Notes under the pieces: model-generated | Told to the model about the DNA's origin: nothing | Databases searched by the model: none | Seen by the model: the letters and a program-made list of their open reading frames with translations, nothing else | From: Paragordius varius | Taxonomy: Eukaryota; Animalia; Nematomorpha | Length of the DNA stretch: 64,000 nt | Direction of reading: 5' to 3' | NCBI GenBank assembly: GCA_964247055.1 | Contig: OZ176059.1 | Span: 2,418,001-2,482,000, forward strand | Shown here: positions 12,601 through 27,069 of the stretch, piece by piece | Layout of the letters: each line of letters starts with the position of its first letter | How positions within the stretch are numbered: position 1 is the first letter of the stretch | Translations under genes and position numbers: made by a program

Positions 12601-15600
12601 CAATAAATCTGTTTACCCATGCCACTAGTTTTGGGAAACAACGATGAAACAGACAATGGCGAAAGTGGGAATAAAAATTCCCCTAAATCATCGGCCGTAT
12701 TTGCCCGAGTGTAACGAGTAGATACACTATATCCTTTAACTCTGTTTGTATTCGGGGAAGAATCATTACTTTTACTAAAAATATTATAAGTATTAGGATC
12801 ATCTCTAACAAGTAAAACATCCTTATTATTATTATTGTGGTTCTTGTCAACAATATCATGATTATCATTTTTTGAAAGATTGCCATTCGGAGAAGGGCCT
12901 ATTTGCATAGAACTAAAAGAGCTTTTATCATTTTCACATGATAAGGACGTGTGATTTTTAGCTTCGTTTTTAGTTATATCGAGCTGTATAGGTCCACACT
13001 TACGCCGAAGTGAGCACCGAAGTTTAGCCAATAACGATGTTTTAGCTGATGGGACATATCGGTTCCTATGAAGAGGAACGGATGACTGATTCTTGCTTTC
13101 ATTAATGGTACAGTCATGTGGTTTGTTGCAAAGATTATCTAATGGTGAATCATTTCCAAAAGTATATAAGGATGATGAAATATTAGGGTTTGATTCTGTG
13201 GTCAAATTAGTTTGAGTGTGACCGATTACATTGCGTTTCTGAGTTTTTGCCAGGAAAACCTGCATTTTTGACATATCAATCATGTTATTACAAACAGGTG
13301 CGGAATTACAAGTTATAATATCAAGGTCATCTGTGACAAGATTATTCTTAATGGTACTTTGTGAAAATACATCATCATTCTCTAAAGGAGCTAATTGGTC
13401 CCCTTTATTGTTTGTATGGCTTTGAGATGATAGATTATTATTATTATTGCTACATGAATGTAACATAATCATGGATTGACTCATTTTTGACATGACGTTC
13501 AAAAAGGTGCGATTATGACCCCTTTTCGCGTTAGTACTGGTGACTAAGTCAGAACCATTGTTATAACATATGTTGGCATAAGGGCGAGACATACTGTCAG
13601 TTAAACTACTTAAAAATTGAGGAAAAGGACTCTCAGTGTTATTATTAGTGATGATCACGTCTTTGGAAATTGTCAAACGTTCGTCCTTAGGATATTGATC
13701 ATGTGACCAAAAATCGCTAAGGGAACATGATTTCTTATCACAACGATTGGAATTATTTAAAATATCAGGCGGTGCATAAGGATACGAAAGTCTATCACTA
13801 CACAATAAAAGCTGACTATGAGTTACAACATATTGACTGATATCATTAATATTATTGTTGTTGTTTTTATTAAAATGATTATATACGTTATTAGGGCAAG
13901 CTTCTGTAATGTTCGCTGATGTCATATTTTTATATATTAATCGTCTGTCTAACAGACTTTGGCCATCATGTATCGTCTGCTGATGGGAGTTATCGGCTTC
14001 GTAACATGGTTGATTCGAAGTATGTAAAGATTTGTCATGTTGTGTTTGAATCGGAGTATGTATCGGAACCGGTTTAACAAAATTTTCACTAGTACTAGTA
14101 CCCTTTACGGGTTTTAGCGAAGTTTCCTGGCAGGTAATTTTTTTGGTTTTATTATTAGCTGCTAAAAAAGAGGTGGTTGAATGCATATAATTGGTTTCTT
14201 CTTCTGTGGATTTATGTTGATGATGTTTCAAATTCGATGATTTAACCAAATTTTTTTTGCGATTACTGCTATTATTTTTATTATCGCTTAATGTAGTGGT
14301 ATTGCTATTCCCACCACCTCCAAACCGAAATAATGAGCTTAAAGAAAAATGGAATTGACTGGTACAAGTTTGTGGCTCAGGTACCTTATTAACTTTTTGT
14401 TGTTGAGGTGAAAACTTGGTAGAAGGAATTATTTGATCCTTACATTGATTTTTAGGAAGGATTGAAGTTGGAGAACCACTAGTAAATACTGGATTATAAG
14501 TAAATGGATTCATATTCAAAATTCTAGTAATCACTGATTCCGAATGAATTGGTTCATTGTTTTCGGGAGAAAGGTTCAAAGAGACATCATTGAATCCTAT
14601 AATTATAGAAATATTATTTATTTATATAACTGCCAAAAAATGTTGATGTGAAAAAGTATATTTTATGCATCATTTTACCAAATTTTAATATTATACATTG
14701 GTTAAAATTAAACGAGTGTCTGAAATAAAATTATATGTACTGACCATTATTCACCTCCTCATGGCCATCATCAAAATTTGCAGAGGTGGTCCTTTTTTTA
14801 AATGAAACCATTTTCATTTCTTGTATCAATTGATTGATTTTTGGATTTTGACAATGACTTGAACTGTAATCTATACATGCATAAGTAGGATTTTTAGTTT
14901 TAGAATATTCTTTAATAGTTCAATATTATTAATTTTATCCAGCCACCACAGCTAACAATTTTACTATTCATATCTGAAATAATATATAAAGATAGCATTA
15001 ATCATACGCCGAGAGTACTTTAATAATTATATATATAATATATACAAATAGTTTTAAATTCGTTGCACTAACAAATTATTATTGTATTTAATAAAAATAA
15101 AAAGAGAGCCAAAAATATTCATTTAAATTGTTATGTTGAAAAAATTTTAATACATGCAATTTACATAAATTATAAAACCTGTTTTTGGGGTTTTGGGAGA
15201 CTGGGTTGAGATAAATTCGGGATCACCTAAATTTAGGTATAATTATTATATATGAAAATCCTTACTCATTCGCAAATATTCATCGTTAATTAATATATTA
15301 GTTTTGTAATAATATTAATATAATGAGCTTAAAATTCTATTCTATGCGTTGTTTTGGATATAGCCATGGAAAATGGTGAAATGAAACAAAATTGAAAGGA
15401 TCTAATCTAATGGATACCAAGTTTATTAACGTTATCACATGATTTACAACCAGAAACATCGCGCTGAGAAATATCCAATATTTCTAAAAACTCTATGTAA
15501 AACAACTTCCATATATGTTGTTGAAAAATGGACGCACCAATTTAGTTTTATATATAAAAAAGAAATATATTTAATCAATTACCTAAGAAACAAGAGATGA

Positions 15601-17428
15601 AAAGTTCTTAAACAAAAACAATGATTAAATATTACAGTTAAGACATGAAATACAAATTGAGTTTGTTGAGAATGTAATTAAAATTATGAAAAGGAAGCAA
15701 ATAAGATTGAAGATTGAAGTTTATTTTATTTATTACTTGTAATAATATGTTAAACGATGCCAAATTTTAGAAATAATAACTATAGAAGCCCTCAAGGTGA
15801 TGACTTTAAACCATTCTACATTAATTATTTCGCGTTGCAAAAGGCATATTTTTATAGGTTAAATAAGAGAAAATCAAAGCTATTTTATGATAATAAATTA
15901 AATCATTATTTTTTTTTAATTCTCTAAAATATCATAAAAGATCGTTTTTTACATGATACGATGGACTTTGTTTATATATAATTTAATTTAACGATCATAA
16001 ATAAATTTATAAAAAGAGTAATCCATAGCAAATAATATGATATGATTCCGACATAGTTTAAGACACCCATTCCTAAATATGGTTTTAATTTTATAAATAT
16101 GAACTAACTATCAAATAATGTAAATTCATATAAAAATGATGAAAATTCCTTTAGCAACCAGATATTTTTTGCCTTTTTAGAGAAAATGCGAATATTTTTT
16201 AGGGAATAAACACTAACAATTATATAGATTCTACGAAAAAATTCTCTTCAATACATAAAGTGACCCCTAATTTAGCGTACGAGATATTTGCAAAATATGT
16301 ATTTCCTATTTATACCGGATATCATATGGGCGTAAGGACGACCAGATCCCGAGGCAACGATCAAACTACTATTCATCGTAACATTGTTACAGCAATCTAT
16401 TTCATTCCCATTATGGGTAAGGCAACGACGATCTCCTTGTGTCCAGCTACATTGATGAGTTTGATGATTTGATTTATCATCAGCGTTGTTTTTAGTATTG
16501 ATTACATTGGCACAAGCAAAAGATGACTGATTCTGATTTGTATTTAGCGCAGTAGTAGTAGTAGTAGTAGATATTAGCACATTAGATGATGTAGGGTTTG
16601 TCGTACTACTAACGAGAGCAAAACTCAATTGATTACATGAAAATTTTCCTTCCTTCTCCAATTTGGTTAGGGCATCTTTTTGCCTTGTAACTATCATACG
16701 TTCTTCAAGTTGTTCGAAATCTGTGCTAACTTCAGCCATGGTAGGTAAATCATAATGTTGTGTACCAGTAAAACAATCAAGCATGGTTGAGTTATTACTT
16801 ACATTAGTTGTATGAATGTTATTGATTATTGCATGGTGATTCTGTAGATATATTATTAAACAATATATACTAATCTATATTAAGTATGATATAAACTATA
16901 AAATTTTAAAACAAGGCAAGTTATAAATGTTACACCAAGCTATTAGTTAAAATAACAAGTTTATGTCTTAAATTTGTTTCTTATTTTTTGAAATTGATAA
17001 AACCTCCGTACCCCATATATAATAATAATTTACTCAAATTGATTTTAATTATCAAAAATTAGATTTATTTAACAACACCACATCTTAAAAACTCAAAACA
17101 AGCATTGAGACATACTTTTCAAATTCAACTAATCACGCCAAATCATATATATATATATAACCGCCCACTGGGTTTCAAAATATATAAATTTTAAGGTGCA
17201 GTATATTACCGTAGTGGCGGATGAACATGGGGCAAATGGGTGCCCCCTACTACTGCTATGAGCCTTTTTATTTCTCCGAGGTGCACGTCGATTCCTTTGT
17301 TGCACGGCTATTTTGTGGTAGGCGGCATCGTTCCGGAGCGAACTAAGGTTCGTATAGGATGGAACCGTACCTACACTACCGCTAACATTGGTAGAAACTT
17401 CAAGTACAGACGAGGAGCTATTATCTGT

Positions 17429-17467
<39 letters not shown>

Positions 17468-20400
17468 CCATTTACAAAATTCAAATTCACCCTTAAACAA
17501 TTCAAATTCACCCTCAAATAAATTATATGTTTTTTATGATTAATAAATTACCTATATTTTATTATATTTTTTTAAAAAAATAATTTTGTTTTATATAAAA
17601 TAAATACTGAAAAAATTATAAACTAAGCCATAAAGTTTTATATCAATAATGTGTTATATTTGTTCGAAAAGACATAATTTATTTTTAGGATAAATGCATT
17701 TGAATGGGAGGGTGAATTTGAACTATTATCTGCCATATAAACGTAAATATGAATTTTTTGCATGCAATCAATGTTTACCATTTACACCTCAAATCAAATT
17801 CACCCTTAAAACAAATTATGTGTTTTCCAGCGAAACATAGCTCACTCTTTAATAGTTTATTTTTTGTGTTTATGTTAATTTTATTTTTAATTTCGAAATG
17901 GATAAATTACCTTTTTAATTTAAAAGCATAGTTTATTTTTAAGGTAAATCGAAATGTTCAAGGCAAGGGTAAATTTGATCTATTTAAAGGTAAAGTTGTT
18001 CCTAAAATCAATTTGAAGTATTAATGGTTATAACATATTTCTATCTATATAATAAAACAATAATGTTTAATAATTTTATAAGGGATATTATGAAATGGTT
18101 CTAAATGAACCTGAAATAAATAATCTGTCGGAAACTATTTGGGCAAAACTTAACTTTTAACATTTATATTCTAAAAAGTGGAGTTATATATAGAAATTAG
18201 AAGCCTTTAATTTCATATATATATATTTAAAGCCTTGGGGATATATACAATTATATAAGTCTTGAAGTATATTATGTAAATTATTTTTTACACATTTCCT
18301 GGTATAATAATTTCAGATAAATTAAAAACTTTATGTAATGAAAAATCAAATGCAAAATTAATTAGCCATCGCTTTTATTTAAAAAAAATATATTTTTACA
18401 TGTATTCTATACTCAAATCATTATTCATTCATCAATCAATATCACTTTCTTACATGTATATATATTAATGCAAGTACAATACAGTGTATTAAAAACTAAA
18501 ATCTAAACAGTCCCTTTTATCTATTCTTATACTTCCTACTCCTTGCTAGGTAAAAAAAATAAATGAAAATTACAAATAAAGAAAAATTTAGAAAAGTAAT
18601 GTTTATTGCATAATTGATATTGTTGATTGCGCAGGTATCCACATTATTTGGTAAAAACAATATTACATTACAATTTATGCACAGAGAGGTATAGTACATA
18701 TACAGTAGCGTATGGTAAGACACAACAAATGGTTGAAAATAAAAACCTTTCCCCCCTATACTTCTCATTAATTTTGTGCATTTAATTATGGATCATTACC
18801 ATTTTTTTTCTACCGTACTCCTAGTGTACACTATATCAACTTTGGCTAAGATATAAACAATAAAAAAAATTTTCTTCTAAATATAAAAGTATAAATATTG
18901 ATGCAAAAAAGTGTAATTAATTACATATTATATCTTAACTACAGTACCGTATGCCATAAAACAATATTAGTCCATAAAAGAATAAAAAAATGTTTTTTTA
19001 AAAAAACAAGCATAGTTTTATTTACACATATCCATAATATTCCCTTGTTTTTTTAAAAAAAACATTTTTTATTCTTTTATGGACTAATATTGTTTTATGC
19101 CATACGCTACTGTATACTATATTATACCAAATAAGGATAAATACAGTATAAGAAATGCAACGAAAACAAAAAAAAAGCCTGCCTAGCTAGTATACACCAT
19201 TATCTATTTCTTCTCCCTTCAGGTATAGGACAATGGTTGTTTCATATATAAGTAAGTGTATATAATAAAGTGCGACAGAGATAAATGAATTATATAATAG
19301 ATTAGTGAAAAAAACAAAATAATTATAAGTGAAAACTGATTCGATCTACATATAAAATTTAAAGGAGAAGCGTTTTTATTTAACACTAAATGAAATAGTC
19401 TTTAAATACAATAGAAACCAAAGCTAGAAACCGAAACACTCGGAATTCCATGAAATCATTAAGGATTGGGAAAGAATAAATTGTATAGCTTAAATTGGGG
19501 GTATCCAACACTCAGCCCGTGCGCTGCATGGGGCTTTCCAATTCTGTAGCACGCGAGAAATTTTAAACGCAAAATTTTACGATAATTAATGTTCATTTCT
19601 GAAATAAATCTTTCCGTATTTTGGCAATGAAGCAGCAAAAATTGTTAAAATAAATAATAATATCTTTATGTTTAAACATAACCCCCTCAGTTTTAGTAAA
19701 AAAATCGTCTTTATTTAATTTTACATTTCAAAACACCTAAATATGGTATGATTGAAATACTATTAATATGGTATATTACTTGGATAAAGTAAATATTTTT
19801 ATATTTTTTTACTCACCTTTTACTATTATTTGACAATAATAATTCTCTTTGCTGTATATGCTATTTGGCAATAATTAATATATACTTACACATACTGGAC
19901 TTACTTCTAAACAAAAGTAACGCAATACGCTTGTTAAATTAGAGAATATGTGGAGTACTGTGACCCCTAATTTTTATTTTCAAATATCTTAGGCTAAAAT
20001 TGTTTAAATTATAACTTTGCAATATATATATATAAATATACAGTTAATATATTCTATGGAAGATATAGCAAAAAAATGTATGATATGGATGGTATTAAAA
20101 ATTTGATTCCCTATAATTTGACAAAAACCAAAAAGAAAACGTAATAACTTTCATCTCATTGGAGATGAGGAAATACGAATTCTTAAGCTCAAATAATAAT
20201 ATACAAGTAATATTTTATTTTTATGTTAAAAATATCATATGTAATCTAATCAAATTTTTACGTTAAAAATATAAGTTACGTAATTTAGTAAAAATTACGA
20301 TTAGTAATAATTTTTTGCGTATAAAAATATATGGCAAACAGCTAACCCTACTAAGGCATATAACACAAAAGAAACTTAAATTCATATATATAAATATATA

Positions 20401-20556
20401 TTATAATTGCTTCCATATATTTACCATTCATTCATGGTTTTAAGTGTGTTAATGGTAAATTAGTTTAATCATACGATTGTTTAATACGGATCATAACGGT
20501 TTAACTCAAGAGGTTTCCTAAATCCGGCGGGCCGTATTTAATATAATATATATATA

Positions 20557-20591
<35 letters not shown>

Positions 20592-23500
20592 CCAATTTAC
20601 AATTCAAATTCACCCTTAAGTTTAATGGTTATGAATTGTTTAAGGGTGAATTTTGAACTGTAAATGGTTACATATAATGTATAAGGAAATTCGATATTCG
20701 ATTACAAACATGGGATTATAAAGCAATGGCAAATAAACAATTCAGGTCTGTTGCAAAATAAAAGATAGGCTTATTTTAAAAAAAAAATATTCAAAAAATA
20801 TCAATTTTACACCAAATTTTATGACCATTTTTTGCGTAGGCCATACAAACAATGCCTGCGCATGTTGGAAACTTAAAAATATCGTAAAAAACAAAACATT
20901 ATCAGTATTAATTCAATAATTTAAGGTTCAAACTAGGGTTGTGCCCTTTAGTCAATGACCTAGGGTCATGACCATGGTCACGACCACGAAAAAACATGAC
21001 CTAGGTCAATTTTTTTAATTTTTTATTTTTTTAATTTTTTTTAATTTTTTATTTTTTTAATTTTACAATTTTTAGGAAAACAAAACCTTTTATTATTTAT
21101 ATATGAATTATTTTGTTTTAAATATCATATAATCTTTACTTCCTAACTCATAATGAAACCAGCCTTGTGGAAATTTTTCGATCAAAAAAATCAAGTTACA
21201 TGCAAGAAATGTAATCACACTATATATTTTAATAAAAACCGAATGAAGAAACATCTAAAAGAAGTTCATGAAATAAATGACAGAAGGCGATGATCGAAAG
21301 CAAGCTAAATATTTATTTCTTAAATTTAGCCTTAAAACAAGAGAAATTAGCCAGAATTTAGCAAAATTTATTTTTACATCCTCAACTCTTAATATAGTTG
21401 AAAATAAGCATTTTCGGAGTTTCATTAATAGTTTAAAACCCAATTATGCTATTCCAAATAGAAAACTTTCCAATAATTACTAGATTCATGTTATGAAGAT
21501 ATAAAAATAGAAGTTGTTGGAATATGTAAAGATAATATTTCATTAATCGTCGAGCCCTTTACCAATATTCGTAGGGAGCAAATAATTAATATTATTGACC
21601 AAGGATCCCAAAAATCATTATTTATTAACTATTGATACATATCATTAAGACTGCCGTATATCTTTAACATAATCGAACCAATTATTAAAGATATTGGAAA
21701 TTTAAAAATTAATGCCATTGTGACCGATAATGCAGCGAACATGAAGGCTGCTGAAAATTTGATTAATAAAGAATATCCTACTATAACATGGCATGGATGC
21801 CAATGACATTTTAAATAATTTGATCAAAGAATATATTAAACCTAAAAGATAACTGAAATTTTAAATGTAGTGAGCACGATTATATATTGTAAATCTAATA
21901 AATCGTATAAAAAATTTCAAAGTATAAAAAAAACTTTAAACCATTTTAAGTTAACGTTAAGTTCATGGACAGTGACTTGTTTTTACACAATCTAAATAAT
22001 TAGAGCATAAATAGGTTTGAATAAATACATATTTTCTCGTTAGTATTAACTTTCTGTGATTTGCTTTCTATAAGCCTTTATGTATGATTCCAGGAAAGAT
22101 CGTTAATTATAGAAATTTAATTTATCAGGATTGGTGAAAGTATAATTTAAAAAAATATATACTTTAAAACCTTTTTTACGTGATTTAATCAAGTATTTTT
22201 GTATGTAGTTATTTATTATTGGCAATAACATATGGTATGACCTAGGTCGGACCTAGGTCTGACCCCCTTTTTCAAAAAAAGGGGGTCAAAATCACAATCC
22301 TAGTTCCAACACCCTTCTTACAGCTGAAGGTGTAAATGTACAATGAGTGGGCTTATGCTTAAAAACCAAATAAAACTAAAAATATTGAGCAAGGGAGAAA
22401 AGCATACAATTATTACTAGCTTACAATTATTACAGAAGAAAGTCAGAATTTATACACATACAACATAGTCTTTATTCAATCCACATTTTTGGGGGCTTAC
22501 TAAAATTTCTCAGGATTGATTATCTCAACACCTGACATCAGAATAGAACGGGAGTAAAGATAACAAAAGTGTATAGGAATATATAATAGCGTATGGCATA
22601 AAACAATGTTTATTCTTAAAGAATAAAATGTTTTTTTAAAAAAAAACAACTTGAAAAGTCCTTGATGTTGGTAAAGTCAGGGGCCGAAGAAGGATAAAGT
22701 GAATGAACAATATTCAACAAACCTTGGCAGATCTTAACATTAGAACTAAAATTTACAATATTGCAAATAATCGACCTCGACTGTAGCAACACACACACTG
22801 TGTCAACAATGAACACAAAATTATGAACTGAGAACTAATCAAATATGTTGACAATTCTTAATAACATTACAAAAATGTATTTTTAAACCCATTTCTCATT
22901 TATATATATGGTTTATATTTTAATTTTCTTTTTACATTTGACAAGGATTACTCTTATAGTAATCGGAAATTTATTTTTTAAATAAATGCAATTATTGCTG
23001 AATTTAAATGATTCCAATATTAAAAAGGTTATTTTTTTTCAATCGTTTTTCTCTTAAACAAATGACTGTTAGATGTGTTGGCGTAGTGTGTGCTTGGAGA
23101 TACTCGGGAAAACAAAATTAATAATGTAAAAGCTAAAACTGCCCATATGGCAAAAAAACAAATATCTGAACACACCACCACACAAAAGAAATGTCAACAT
23201 ATGTATTTATTGGTATGCCGGTTTGATTCGATCAAGAAAGAAAGATATAGCTATTATCAGGCACGCCAAATGATACCAGATGAAACGAAATGGATAAATA
23301 AGGCATGAATGATAAAAAGAGAAATGCTAAGATGACACTGCAACCATTTTCAATAGGGCCCAACTACGGTTGTCCTGACCAAGTCTGAAAAAACAGCTTT
23401 TTGAAAATTGCTGGTAAAAATTTTTTTGGAGGAGAGATAGTAAGATTTTATTGTATTTTAATTTATATTTTAAAAAATGTAAATTAAATATTTAAATATA

Positions 23501-24376
23501 TACATATTAAAGATTGTTAAACAAGCATCCTTATAACATTAAAGCATATCCAGTTATTTGGAAAAACAAAACAATCAAGCCTGTCCAAAATATGCAATTA
23601 TTCCACATATATGAACCAATATTTTGAAAAAACATTTTATAATTGGATACAATGATGAAAGAACGCGTAAAACAAACTAAGTAAAATTAGTTGTGTCCAG
23701 TATAAAGCTATGTTTTAGAAGATTCAGAAGGCCATAAACATATGGCAAAGTCCATAACGAAATTCTTGATTTGATTGATTATAATAAATAATAATATCAA
23801 AAATATGTATAACACAAATTTTTTAGAAAAAACATGACATTATTAGTGAAACGGAAGTGTCGTTCGAGCATTATTTTTAAAGCTCCAACATTGCATGATA
23901 TTTGTTTACGTAAGTATCATGACCATGGTGTGACTCGGACGGACCGGACTTTTTGTAAAAAGGAAGTCAAATGCACAACCCTAGGCCTAACACATTCTGA
24001 TATTCAAAAAGTCGTTTTTTGACTGGGAAACAACCAATCATTAATTATATAATTTAGTATAAGAAAGTGTAACTATGATATAATTTTCAACACTATACAA
24101 ACACACATACATTTAATTTCAATAACTTACGAATGGTAGCAAGATTTATACTTTAGCAATAAATATATAGCCAACGAAAAAGTTTGCCCAGATATACTAT
24201 TTTTGAGTCAAAAAACACTTTTTCAACAAAACGCAACATTTTTATTCCGTTTGGATGTAAAACTGTTGCGTTTGCTTGAAAAAAATGCTGCTTTTTTGAC
24301 TAAAAAATGGTATACAAATTATTACATAGGACAGGATTGTAAAAGCAAACCTAATGAATAAATATTTCATAATTGG

Positions 24377-24416
<40 letters not shown>

Positions 24417-25029
24417 CCAAATTTGTCAAGTAGGTGAAATGAAACAGTAAAACCATATTGATGACAGAAATTATGAAATAATTATACATGCATTTATATT
24501 TTTTACACTATTTACCAATAAAAGTAGCCAAAAAACCCAAATATATTGCAATTCACTGTGATAAAAATGGCTATCATGCAAATGTGTTTGAAAATTTTTT
24601 GATTTAAATTTTAAAAATGAATGCGAAAATTATGTATAGATCTAATAATGTAGACTGTTTATTTAAATTTTATTTAAACCCTTTATATTCTATCTATTTT
24701 GATGATTAAGTTTGTTAATATCGGAAAGAATAAAAAAATGTAGCATCCAATATACCATTTACAATTGAGATTCAATCTTATACACAATTTAAATCACATT
24801 GGAACCATTCAAATTCACCCTTAAACAATTCAAATATACCCTAAAAATACATTATGTGTTTTCGGGCTAATATAACTCATTATTAATATGAAATATATCT
24901 GAATGGCAGAGTTTATCATTATTTCAGTATTATTATAATTTTAAACAAAAATCTATTAAAAATATAGGTACTTTTAATATTCAAAAACACTTAATTTATT
25001 TTAGGATGAATATAAATTGTAAATGGTGT

Positions 25030-25105
<76 letters not shown>

Positions 25106-27038
25106 ACAGAAGCGTATGAAAATAAACAATAAATGTTTAAAATTAAACAATTTTCCCCATGTTTTAACATTTAAATATATGTTAATATAAGGACAAACTT
25201 TTTTATATCATACGCTACTGTAATATAAAATTAAATAATATATAATAATGATATGGTACATATGGTCTATGTAACATTATATATATATATATATATATAC
25301 AGTGGCGTATGGAGTAAAAGATTGTTAGTGCAAAATAGAAAAAAAATGTTTTTTTTAAAAAATCAGGAAGGACATTATACATATGTGTATTTACAACTAG
25401 GATTGTTTTTTTAAAAAAAACATTTTTTTATTCTATTTTGCACTAACAATCTTTTACTCCATACGCCACTGTATATATATATGTATGTAAAAATTAAGGT
25501 AAATTTTACTATATTAAATTTCATTGTGCTTTCATTTCTATATACATAAAATAGTAAAAAATTAAAAAAACCACACAACAAACACCAAATGTATGCAGTT
25601 GGCGTTAAAAGTATAATATAATACAAAAATATTACAGTAGTGTATGGCATAAAACAATATTGGTCCATAAAAGAAAACAACATTTTTTAAGGAGATTCTA
25701 TGAATATGTATATATATAACTAGGCATGTTTTTTTAAAAAACATTTTATTCTTTTATGGACTAATAATGATTAATGCCATACGCAAGTGTAAATATATGC
25801 ATTAAAAAACTATACCAAACTTGTAAAATGGAAATAAACATTTTTTCCAATTAAAAAGTTTTAGAAAAATTCACTAGTTTATGTATTTTGCGGTCATTTT
25901 TAAAACTAATTTTGACCAATAATAGTCAATAAATTCAAATATAAGAAACAAAAAGTAAAAATGTATATGGGTAATTATGGTAACCAATCAAAAGAGGAAA
26001 TATTAAAAATTTAAGGGTATAATTAGGTAATTATGCGTATTCTAAGAATGGATATAAGATATTCTATACAAAGTATTGTTTCAAAAGTATGGAATCTAAA
26101 GCTTATAGGTTAATTTTAAACGGAGAATAGCAAAATATAATTTAATTCAATGTTAAACCAATATATATAAAACTTATAAAAGTTAAACTTTTTTTCGTCA
26201 CAATAAATATGTACGTATTATTGGATGTGTTTATGTTGAAGGCACAATGGTTCAAAAAAACAATACCACTATTGTCTTGCTAAGAAATGTCGATATCATG
26301 AACACATAAGAAATTTTAATTATAAAATTTAAACTTATTCTTTATACGTTTCAAGAGCAAGCAAATGTAAGAAAGGTAATGGCTATAATTATTTAACAAA
26401 AAACAATTAAAAAATATTGAGATCTTTCAAAAAAAATTGTTAAAAAAATATTAAAAACAAAAAATATGAACTAATAAAAGTATGAGAAATGTTTTAATGG
26501 GAAAAAAGGCTAAAATTCGGTCTTATCTTTGAAAAAAAACAACAAATAATCATCATGCAAACGCAACCAAAAAATAATTTTGAATATAAAACTAAAGAAA
26601 ATGTTATATGTAGACCATAATGTAATTTAGAGGATAAAATTCAAATAGTTCTGGAGAAAAAAATTATTGTATAGTATATTGGATTGAAATATAAATCTTT
26701 AAAAAGGGCAAAAAACCGATATGATAAACAACATGCAAAAATTTATAAAAAATTAAAATTTACCGGTCATGTCTATTTCCGCAATATTTTGCCCAAAACT
26801 CTTTGAGACATGTCCTAGATAATCCTGATTTTGACTACTTTCCCATGTGCCTATGCTACTTGAACCAAAACTACTGTTTTCGCTTGTTTGACCATGATTT
26901 ATGAAATGGGAGGAATCATCATACAAATGAGTGTTGGAATCATTTTTTGCCATTTGATTTGGAGTGCATTTTAAATTATCATGTGAATTCCCTAACATGC
27001 GTTTTAACTCATTCTAAAATAATATGAATTAAATTATA

Positions 27039-27069
<31 letters not shown>

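Noticed and set aside
11615-12886. Overlapping ORFs 11615-11803, 12244-12489, 12683-12886
   Set aside because: Shadow frames of the 3.1-kb coding exon.
14945-14975. Possible 27-nt phase-1/1 micro-exon (DMNSKIVSC) of the minus gene
   Set aside because: Good acceptor but weak donor (GTGGCT), and it is not needed for frame.
15340-15540. GC-richer segment within an intron of the minus gene
   Set aside because: All three minus frames are interrupted and there are no compatible splice sites; probably a TE relic.
18045-18550. Second possible Helitron (TCTATATAATAAAA start, CTAG near 18547)
   Set aside because: No 3' hairpin and no second copy to confirm the boundaries.
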